A stretch of 36,773 nt of DNA from the IMG/VR virus record IMGVR_UViG_3300032257_000055, positions 1 through 36,773 of that record, one strand, 5' to 3'. Both the position numbers and the translations under genes were made by a program. Below are positions 14,024-20,791 of the stretch, one piece after another; the stretch's first letter is position 1; each line of letters opens with the position of its first letter. The notes beneath the pieces are model-generated. The model was given only the letters and a program-made list of their open reading frames with translations, ran no database searches and had not been told where the DNA came from. This DNA is from a virus. Lineage: Duplodnaviria > Caudoviricetes.

Positions 14024-14549
14024 AGACCTATTAAAATTATTTCTACCAGAACCAAGCGAGCAAGAAATACGCGAGTTGTGTAGAGCTAAAAAAGAGGAGC
14101 TGGGATTTGATATTGAAAAGTCTACATTTCCGCTCAATCCGCTTTCTATAGAACCTACGATTAGTATAGAAGAGGCGGTCAAGCTGCTTGAATTATGGGA
14201 TTCGGTGTTGGATTCGGTGTTGGATTCGTTGGGGGTCTCTGTGGGGGAATCGGTGCGGAAATCGGTGTGGGAATCGGTGGGGGACTCTGTGTGGGATTCG
14301 GTGGGGGACTATGTGTGGGACTATGTGTGGGAATCGGCGGGTGGCTTGATGCTGGCTTATACCTCATCGATATTTTACGGTGTTGAGTCTTGGCACGGTG
14401 TCGAACATGAAAAAGGGGTGAACCCATTTCAGGCAGGAATAGACCTATGGGAATCTGGATATATAGCAGCGTTTGACGGCAAGAGCTGGCATTTAATGTG
14501 TGGAAAAGATGCGAAGGTAGTTTGGACGGGGAGCTTTAACGATGAATAG
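14016..14549 (+). CDS. hypothetical protein with tetrapeptide (W/G)-(D/E)-S-V repeats
   Basis: ORF track; 12-nt tandem repeats inside. Confidence 0.8.
   Translation: MNRDLLKLFLPEPSEQEIRELCRAKKEELGFDIEKSTFPLNPLSIEPTISIEEAVKLLELWDSVLDSVLDSLGVSVGESVRKSVWESVGDSVWDSVGDYVWDYVWESAGGLMLAYTSSIFYGVESWHGVEHEKGVNPFQAGIDLWESGYIAAFDGKSWHLMCGKDAKVVWTGSFNDE
14196..14339 (+). repeat. degenerate 12-nt tandem repeat, about 12 units (e.g. TGGGATTCGGTG)
   Basis: Seen directly. Confidence 0.85.
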
Positions 14550-14772
14550 AGATCCAATCAAGCCAAGACGCGACCAATTCAGCAACGGGCCTGCGGGCAG
14601 TATCAAATATCTAAGCGCTTTCGTCACGTATCAGGGCGCGCAATTAGTTTTGTTAGGCAGAGAAATCAAGGCGCTAAAGAAAAAGGTGCTGGCACTAGAG
14701 GCTAGGCTTAGGGAGGCTGAGGGGCGCGGCATGATAGCTAAGCACAAGCTTTATTTAAGCAAGAGAGCATAG
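14542..14772 (+). CDS. hypothetical coiled-coil protein
   Basis: GGAG RBS; overlaps the previous gene. Confidence 0.6.
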   Translation: MNRDPIKPRRDQFSNGPAGSIKYLSAFVTYQGAQLVLLGREIKALKKKVLALEARLREAEGRGMIAKHKLYLSKRA

Positions 14773-14827
14773 GTGATTTATTAAGACGTCAGATAAAAAC
14801 AACGTATGCGGTAAAATAAAGCCAGCT

Positions 14828-14974
14828 GTGACACATAGATGCTGCCCAAAATGTGGCTATCTTATGTCGCAACTTGAGGTGGACTTGATTCGTTTTGAGT
14901 TGCGTTGTCAGCGATGCAAAGAGCATACGATAAAAGAGTTTCAACCTATGCAGCTTGAGCATAGCCAGAATTAA
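14828..14974 (+). CDS. small Zn-ribbon protein (CPKC...CQRC)
   Basis: Read by eye from a GTG start; weak RBS. Confidence 0.45.
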   Translation: MTHRCCPKCGYLMSQLEVDLIRFELRCQRCKEHTIKEFQPMQLEHSQN

Positions 14975-15004
14975 TTCACATATAACTAGATAGGAGTAAG
15001 AACG

Positions 15005-15229
15005 ATGAAAGTGAAGCGAAACATAAGGACGAGCTTAACGCTTAAATGCGACAATCCAAGCGATACGTTTACGGTTGAGCCTACCAATATGGGCGAACCT
15101 TATCGCGAAGGCATATTAATCGGCATTGAGAATACTAACGAGTTTAACAAAAGCGTACATGTGATGCTTGAAGATAGCGAAGCCAAGCAGTTGCGTAATG
15201 TGCTGATTAATCGCTACCCGATAGATTAA
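15005..15229 (+). CDS. hypothetical protein
   Basis: AGGAG RBS. Confidence 0.7.
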   Translation: MKVKRNIRTSLTLKCDNPSDTFTVEPTNMGEPYREGILIGIENTNEFNKSVHVMLEDSEAKQLRNVLINRYPID

Positions 15230-15256
15230 CTTTTAACGCCATAGGGGGCGGTATAT

Positions 15257-15478
15257 ATGACAGATCAAGCAGAGTTAGAAGTGGCAGATCTTCACTACCT
15301 TGAAGAGCTATACGAAGAGCATTCAGCAGCTTCTGACGAGTTCGAGGCAGAAAAGGCTAATATGACTAGCGCTAATCGAGAGTATGCGCTAGAGAGTCTT
15401 TCAGCTAAAGCTAGAGCTATCGAGAGTTTTGAAGCTGATCACCCGAAAGCGGCTAATGCGTTTTGGGGTGATGAATAA
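15257..15478 (+). CDS. small acidic helical protein
   Basis: GGGGG RBS; E/D-rich. Confidence 0.65.
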   Translation: MTDQAELEVADLHYLEELYEEHSAASDEFEAEKANMTSANREYALESLSAKARAIESFEADHPKAANAFWGDE

Positions 15479-15498
15479 AAAAGCCCCATTACGGGGCT
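15477..15498 (-). terminator. intrinsic terminator of the lysis operon
   Basis: AGCCCC-GTAAT-GGGGCT followed by T-run on the minus strand; lies between convergent genes. Confidence 0.75.
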
Positions 15499-15525
15499 AG
15501 GCTATCGGCTATTTGCTGAAGTTCG

Positions 15526-15891
15526 TCAACTTGCGATTTCATGAATCGGTATCGACTCTTCTGCACCTTCTTCCTCTGCCTCTGGTTGTGATAATCCGCA
15601 GCTTTCGGCATACACATCGAGATCTTCACTGTTAATAGTTCCAGCATTAATCGCATCTCGCAACACTCGAAAGGCCTCGGCATGAATAGCTTTCTCCTTT
15701 GCAATTTTAGCCTCGTACTCCTCGATCGCCATCTTAGCTGGCGCAATAGAGTCGCGAAGCTTTTCAATTTTGGCATCGTTTTTATCAATCAGATCTGACT
15801 CTGTTTGCATACGTTTCGTAGCCTGAGAATTTGCTTCTTGTAGCTCGTTGATGCGTGATTCGATTTCGTTGATTTTGTCTAAAACGCTCAT
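15526..15891 (-). CDS. coiled-coil protein with acidic tail
   Basis: GAGGA RBS; long heptad pattern; no TM. Confidence 0.7.
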   Translation of the reverse strand: MSVLDKINEIESRINELQEANSQATKRMQTESDLIDKNDAKIEKLRDSIAPAKMAIEEYEAKIAKEKAIHAEAFRVLRDAINAGTINSEDLDVYAESCGLSQPEAEEEGAEESIPIHEIAS

Positions 15892-15904
15892 GGTATAAAT
15901 TCCT

Positions 15905-16036
15905 CTAGGCCGTACACACTGTGCGGCACATGTAATTGATTGGGGATAATTCTGTGGGTATCTTGTCAGTATTCTGTGTGCAAGGTGTGGATGAGCACGC
16001 AGATAGTAAAATGGTTGCTAGGAGTAGAGTTTTCAT
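15905..16036 (-). CDS. small lipoprotein, o-spanin-like, 43 aa
   Basis: Read by eye: MKTLLLATILLSAC-SSTPC...; ATGA overlap with the holin-like gene. Confidence 0.7.
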   Translation of the reverse strand: MKTLLLATILLSACSSTPCTQNTDKIPTELSPINYMCRTVCTA

Positions 16037-16599
16037 TTCTTAATCGCTCGAATCAATGCTGATACGCCAGACTGTATTGGGTGCCCGTTAGCTGCGTTAA
16101 ATCGCTGTGATTGCTCGGTTTGAATGGCGCCAAAGTAGGCTTTTAGCACATAAACGAGCGGAGCTATTACGCTGGCAATAAGCGCCCAGTTATTAGCTAA
16201 GGCGTTAATCATTGCGTGATCGCCATTTACCGCGGCATAACAAAGCGTCCAAACCGCGGTAACAGCGCACAATGCTAGAATATGAAACGAGTGTTTAGCT
16301 ATATACGGTCGTGTTGACTGCGGGTTCTTGGCGTCATGTGAAAGCATGATTTTAGTTGTATCCGCAGACTCAACGATTCTAGTTTTTTCAAGATCGATAT
16401 CGGCATTAAGAATAAGCGCTCTTTGTTCCGCAGGAAGGTTAGCAATAGCCGCGTCAACATCTGAACCCGTTGCAGTGGATGGGAGCTGCCTATCACTTGG
16501 AAGTAGCGCATTAACTGCACCAAGAATGGCGCCACCACCTGGCACCACTTCGGAAAATACCGCTGTAGCAGCTCTTTTTATGAAGTCTTCGAGTTTCAC
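16033..16599 (-). CDS. holin-like membrane protein (GTA 3TM-holin-like)
   Basis: Follows the endolysin; TRP motif, two C-terminal TMs and YFG motif. Confidence 0.65.
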   Translation of the reverse strand: MKLEDFIKRAATAVFSEVVPGGGAILGAVNALLPSDRQLPSTATGSDVDAAIANLPAEQRALILNADIDLEKTRIVESADTTKIMLSHDAKNPQSTRPYIAKHSFHILALCAVTAVWTLCYAAVNGDHAMINALANNWALIASVIAPLVYVLKAYFGAIQTEQSQRFNAANGHPIQSGVSALIRAIKK

Positions 16600-17012
16600 G
16601 TCATTTCACCCGTTCGCAATATTTCAGCGTTTCTCATTGCTCGGTTTTGAGTTTGATCAGCGTAACGAGAATCCATCAGCTCATTAGCTGCAACTTCCCA
16701 TTTTTCAGCTTTTAGCGCGTCGATCATCTTTTTGAATTTGAGCATACCAGCTACACCCATTTGATAGCACATATCAACTATGACGATTTGGCGTGCTTCG
16801 TTGAGTTCAATAAACCAGTCGTGACTTGCTGATAACTCAGATAGCAAGTCACATAGAATGCTATCTAGCCATACGCGAGCAACGTGCTTCGGCATAAGAA
16901 TTGTCTCTAGATTAAAGCCTACGCCAATCGTTGGCACATGCAGCGTATCTAAATACATATTCGGTCGAAAACCCTCCTCATCCCAGATCTTTTGCTGTAG
17001 CTTACTTTTCAC
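16596..17012 (-). CDS. endolysin, T4-like lysozyme (GH24)
   Basis: E-x8-D-x5-T triad (EEGFRPNMYLDTLHVPTIGVG); F.KM..AL....W..AA.E..DSR.A.Q...RA.R. Confidence 0.92.
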   Translation of the reverse strand: MKSKLQQKIWDEEGFRPNMYLDTLHVPTIGVGFNLETILMPKHVARVWLDSILCDLLSELSASHDWFIELNEARQIVIVDMCYQMGVAGMLKFKKMIDALKAEKWEVAANELMDSRYADQTQNRAMRNAEILRTGEMT

Positions 17013-17193
17013 GCCAAAATTCCTCTTTATCTAGTTTGTATTTGCCGGCACGCTCTATGACGACATAGCCACTTATGTAGCGACTCATATTCTGACTATA
17101 AGCGCCGACTAGTTCGCAAAATTTGGCTTTGTTGCCGCCAAGATCCGCAAGCATTTCAGCTACTTCGTGTATTTTTACTTTTGTTGTAATCAT
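17002..17193 (-). CDS. small Cro-like HTH protein (start MITTK)
   Basis: GNKAKFCELVGAYSQNMSRYI HTH pattern. Confidence 0.55.
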   Translation of the reverse strand: MITTKVKIHEVAEMLADLGGNKAKFCELVGAYSQNMSRYISGYVVIERAGKYKLDKEEFWREK

Positions 17194-17197
17194 TTGA

Positions 17198-17239
17198 TTG
17201 ACATACCCAATAATATGATTATACTTTAGCTCATCGAAG
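17198..17239 (+). promoter_or_regulatory. early promoter of the recombination operon, overlapping a divergent TATAAT
   Basis: TTGACA-16 bp-TATACT, then CATCGAA; minus-strand TATAAT at 17218-17223. Confidence 0.7.
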
Positions 17240-17343
17240 GCATTTAAGCAATTAGGAAATACTATGTTTACATGGCAATCAATCAAAGTTTCAAGTTTAA
17301 GCAAGTCTGATATAAAACTAATAAAATTACTTAGGGGATGGAA

Positions 17344-17502
17344 ATGATACGACGACAACTAACACGGAAAGAGCGCGCAAAATTAGAGCGCGATACTCGA
17401 AAGATTCTTGCCAAGTGGCGATCTATCGGTGTTAATTTGGCTCCGCAAAAACGCCTAAACTACTCACTCAAGAAGGCTGACAAATGCGTACTAACGGCAT
17501 GA
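17344..17502 (+). CDS. small basic hypothetical protein
   Basis: Read by eye: MIRRQLTRKERAKLERD...; chained overlaps. Confidence 0.5.
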   Translation: MIRRQLTRKERAKLERDTRKILAKWRSIGVNLAPQKRLNYSLKKADKCVLTA

Positions 17503-17660
17503 CTCAACAGCAAGCAATAGAAAAGCGCATGGCTCAGATAAAGCGCAACGGCATTAACGATCGAGCTGAAGGGCTTCCGTCTATGCCCGGGCAAGCAAGC
17601 CCTTACTACGAAGGCTACAAGCAGCAAAGCGAAAGAATGGGACTGAGGACGGTAAAATGA
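17484..17660 (+). CDS. small hypothetical protein
   Basis: Read by eye; AAGG RBS; ATGA overlap with erf. Confidence 0.5.
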   Translation: MRTNGMTQQQAIEKRMAQIKRNGINDRAEGLPSMPGQASPYYEGYKQQSERMGLRTVK

Positions 17661-18262
17661 ACGAAAGCTTAAATATATATCAAAGAATTAACGCTGTAAT
17701 GAGCGAATGCCAATATATTCAGAAAGTCGGGGCGCAGCAAGGGAAGGGCGTTAAGTATGATGAAGTAATGGCAATGATCCGCGAGCTTTTAATTAAGCAC
17801 GGAATTGTTATGGTTATGCGTCAATTGTCGCTAGATATTACGGGCGGCGTCGATGGAACAAAGCAGAAGGTATATCAGGGCCATTACGAAATGGATCTTG
17901 TAAACATTGACGCGCCGACCGAGATTGTTACACATTCTACATTTGCCCACGGCATGGACGGAGGAGATAAGGCTCCAGGCAAGGCGCACACGTATGCGGC
18001 TAAATTAATGCTTGTAAAGGGCTTCGGAATCGAAACCGGAGAAGATGAAGAAAGCAGATCAGAAAAGCAGGACCGAAAAAACACAATATCTGACGCTGAA
18101 CAAAAAAGCCTAGCTGACATGATTCGCGGAGATTCGAAACTATGGAGCAAGCTTTGCACTGCATACAAGATCAGCAACTTATCAGAGGTTCCAAGCTCTA
18201 AGCTCGCAGAAATGACCGGACGAATTGAGAAGTTTTGGAGTGCCAAAAATGCAAATAATTAG
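17657..18262 (+). CDS. erf: ERF-family ssDNA annealing protein
   Basis: NIYQRI..V; G.D.GDKA.GKA.TYA.K..L...F.I.TGED.E signature. Confidence 0.9.
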   Translation: MNESLNIYQRINAVMSECQYIQKVGAQQGKGVKYDEVMAMIRELLIKHGIVMVMRQLSLDITGGVDGTKQKVYQGHYEMDLVNIDAPTEIVTHSTFAHGMDGGDKAPGKAHTYAAKLMLVKGFGIETGEDEESRSEKQDRKNTISDAEQKSLADMIRGDSKLWSKLCTAYKISNLSEVPSSKLAEMTGRIEKFWSAKNANN

Positions 18263-18854
18263 AGGCGTTGATCAAGGATCAGGTGAGTGGCTAGATATCC
18301 GGCTAGGCAAAGTCACCGCAAGCAAATTTAAAGATGTTATGGCCGGCGGCAAAGGCGCAACTAGAAAAGCCTATATGCTTCAGCTCGCAGCTGAAATAAT
18401 AACAGGCATGAAAACCGACACATTCAAAAACAAGGCAATGGAATGGGGGACGGAAACCGAAGATCAAGCGCGCGCTAATTACGAGCTTAACGAGTCGCTA
18501 GAGGTCGAGGAGGTATCCTTTGTACTGCACGACACTTTAAGCGCTGGCGTAAGCCCTGACGGCCTTGTAGGTGATTGTGGGCTAGTCGAGTTTAAGTGTC
18601 CGAACACTACTACCCAGATCGAAACGTTCTTATCTGGAAAGATGCCAACGACTCACAAAGCGCAAGTTCAAGGCCAATTGTGGATAACTGAGCGCGAGTG
18701 GTGCGACTTCGTAAGCTACGACCCCAGAATTAACGGGGCCGCTGAATACTTTTGCGTTCGCATAAATCGTGACGATGAATATATAAAAACGCTAGAAGAA
18801 GGCGTGATCAAATTTATTAATGAACTAAACGAGCTAGTAGGAAAATTACGATGA
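18249..18854 (+). CDS. YqaJ/lambda-exonuclease family protein
   Basis: QGS.EW...R.G..TAS; M.WG...E..AR; SPDGLV....LVEFKCP; QVQGQLW....W.DF.SY. Confidence 0.93.
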   Translation: MQIIRGVDQGSGEWLDIRLGKVTASKFKDVMAGGKGATRKAYMLQLAAEIITGMKTDTFKNKAMEWGTETEDQARANYELNESLEVEEVSFVLHDTLSAGVSPDGLVGDCGLVEFKCPNTTTQIETFLSGKMPTTHKAQVQGQLWITEREWCDFVSYDPRINGAAEYFCVRINRDDEYIKTLEEGVIKFINELNELVGKLR

Positions 18855-19165
18855 AAGTAGGTGTGAGCTTAAAGATTGACGTTACAAAAATAGACAAGGC
18901 GCGACTGTTTGTGGGGCAAAAAGGCAAATACTTAGACGCAACGGTATTTATTGATGTAGATGAAAAAGATCAGTACGACAAAAACGGCATGATCACTCAA
19001 GACGTGACGAAAGACGAAAAAGATCAAGGCGTAAAAGGCAATATCCTTGGAAACTGCAAGGTTTTCTGGAAAGATCAAGGCGCTAGTTATGCGCCACCTC
19101 AACAGCAAAGCGCTCCACCTCCACCTCCACCAATGGATAGCATGGACGACGATATTTGCTTCTAA
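18851..19165 (+). CDS. putative ssDNA-binding protein
   Basis: Follows erf-exo; KIDV.KIDK...GKYLD core, P/Q linker, acidic tail DDDICF. Confidence 0.75.
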   Translation: MKVGVSLKIDVTKIDKARLFVGQKGKYLDATVFIDVDEKDQYDKNGMITQDVTKDEKDQGVKGNILGNCKVFWKDQGASYAPPQQQSAPPPPPPMDSMDDDICF

Positions 19166-19219
19166 CAACACCTAGCGCTCTTATGGGGCGCTTTAACTAA
19201 CAATGTAGGGAGTAATTAA

Positions 19220-19447
19220 GTGAAAACAATGTTTTTAATTGCGATAACGTTTTCTTTTTTCGGTTGTGGTCATGAGCTCGGCGATTGCGTCTTGGTTTCA
19301 GGTGGCGAATCCGTTGTGGTTGCTAAGTATTTGAAATTTAGTGGTGGTTTCCATTATTACGAAAAAGATGGTGAAATAATGTCAATAAGAGAGTCCGTAT
19401 ATACATCAGTAGACTCGTGCATAGATGGAGATAATCATGGACGCTAA
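19220..19447 (+). CDS. putative lipoprotein
   Basis: GGGAG RBS; MKTMFLIAITFSFFG-C lipobox. Confidence 0.6.
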   Translation: MKTMFLIAITFSFFGCGHELGDCVLVSGGESVVVAKYLKFSGGFHYYEKDGEIMSIRESVYTSVDSCIDGDNHGR

Positions 19448-19545
19448 CACACTGCTAATTGTCGCCGCATCTTTTGGTTACACATTTATATGCTTAGGCG
19501 TATTTCTGTGGTATTTACATAAATCTGAGCGCGAGATACATAAGT

Positions 19546-19836
19546 ATGAGTAAGCTAACAAAGGCGGCTAAAGGCCAAGAGTGTACGGTAAATATTTTCC
19601 CGTATTGCAATATGAACCCAGAGACTACGGTACTTGCCCATGCTCCATGCGAAGATAAGTGCATGTCTAAAAAGAGCCCTGATTTTTGGGGCGCTGATTG
19701 TTGTAGTGCCTGCCACGATGTTATCGATGGCCGCACACGAACTGACATACCGAGCGATGAGATTTACCTGTGCCATATGCGTGGCGTGTATCGCACAATT
19801 AAAAGACGAATCGAGCAAGGGTTGATTAAGCTATGA
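19546..19836 (+). CDS. DUF1364/YbcO-like Zn-binding nuclease-domain protein
   Basis: KL.KAAKGQEC.V.I...CN.NPETTVLAH...M..K..D..GA..CSACHD.IDGR. Confidence 0.88.
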   Translation: MSKLTKAAKGQECTVNIFPYCNMNPETTVLAHAPCEDKCMSKKSPDFWGADCCSACHDVIDGRTRTDIPSDEIYLCHMRGVYRTIKRRIEQGLIKL

Positions 19837-20216
19837 GCGAGCACACAGAGCAATGCGCAGTCGTTAAGTGGTTTAAGCTTCAGTACCCGAAACATAAAAG
19901 GCGAATTATAGCAATTCCGAACGGGGCGGTGTTGTCGGGAAATAAAATTCAGCGCGCTAAACAAATGAACTATTTAAAAGCCGAGGGATTGAAGGTTGGC
20001 GCTAGCGATTTGTTCGTAGCTGTTACAACAGATAAGCATTCTGGCCTTTGGCTGGAAATGAAAGACAAAAAGAAAACAAAGTGCACTGTAAGCCAAGACC
20101 AGCACGCTCACATGGTGGATATGATCGAGGCGGGATATGCCGCAACGTGGGCGGCTGGATTCGATAGGGCAAAGGAAGTCATCGAAGAGTATATGCTAGA
20201 TGAAAATAATCGATAG
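19833..20216 (+). CDS. VRR-NUC nuclease (putative Holliday junction resolvase)
   Basis: EH.EQ..VV.WF; AIPNG; K.EGL..G.SDL; GLWLEMK; Q.....M..AGY. Confidence 0.88.
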   Translation: MSEHTEQCAVVKWFKLQYPKHKRRIIAIPNGAVLSGNKIQRAKQMNYLKAEGLKVGASDLFVAVTTDKHSGLWLEMKDKKKTKCTVSQDQHAHMVDMIEAGYAATWAAGFDRAKEVIEEYMLDENNR

Positions 20217-20364
20217 AAAGAAGCCGATGACCGGAGAGCTGGCAAGTCGAACGCAAACCGGAACGCCTATTATTCTTTGGCACAATCAAACATACAGCTC
20301 TTTAAGTCGAAAAGACCTTAAAGCAAAGTTTTACGGAAAGCTGCGATATGAGTTTATAAAATGA
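20200..20364 (+). CDS. small basic hypothetical protein
   Basis: Read by eye; ATGA overlap with the next gene. Confidence 0.45.
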   Translation: MKIIDRKKPMTGELASRTQTGTPIILWHNQTYSSLSRKDLKAKFYGKLRYEFIK

Positions 20365-20687
20365 TAGATCTAACGGACGCTGAGAAAGCGCTAGAATTTC
20401 TCAAGAACACAGACCAAGAGGCAGGCCGCAGAAAGGCGTATGCGAGCGCTCTAGACGATATGCGCAAAACCGTATTGGCTATGACGTACAACGAGCTAGA
20501 AGCAAAGGGGAGCGCCGCAGATAGGCTCAAGAAGGCTGAAGGTAATCCAGACTACCTAGCGCACTTGGAAAAGCTACGAAAAGCCAACGAGGATTACCAC
20601 ATAATGAACAATCAAAGGATCACCGCATCTACACAAATTGAAATGTGGCGATCAGTAAACAGCAACCAAAGGAAGGGCAATATTTAG
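20361..20687 (+). CDS. conserved helical phage protein
   Basis: ORF track; C-terminal IE.WRS...N.R motif common in phage recombination operons. Confidence 0.7.
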   Translation: MIDLTDAEKALEFLKNTDQEAGRRKAYASALDDMRKTVLAMTYNELEAKGSAADRLKKAEGNPDYLAHLEKLRKANEDYHIMNNQRITASTQIEMWRSVNSNQRKGNI

Positions 20688-20791
20688 CCCTCCAATCGTT
20701 AACTACATGAGTCTAGATAAATGATTAACTACATAAAAAATCTAACCATTGCGATTATTATAATGCTCATTATTTACAGTCTATTTTACTG

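Noticed and set aside
14179-14427. Gly-rich (14195..14386 +) and Pro-rich (14179..14427 -) ORFs
   Set aside because: Alternative-frame shadows of the 12-nt repeat inside 14016..14549; no RBS.
10212-19450. Recurrent CTAACA after stop codons (10214, 19162, 19197, 19444), suggesting integron attC sites
   Set aside because: No matching GTTRRRY core or attC hairpin, and no integrase.
20699-20734. TTAACTACAT direct repeat between convergent operons
   Set aside because: Short, AT-rich, and no associated hairpin, ORF or promoter that I can support.
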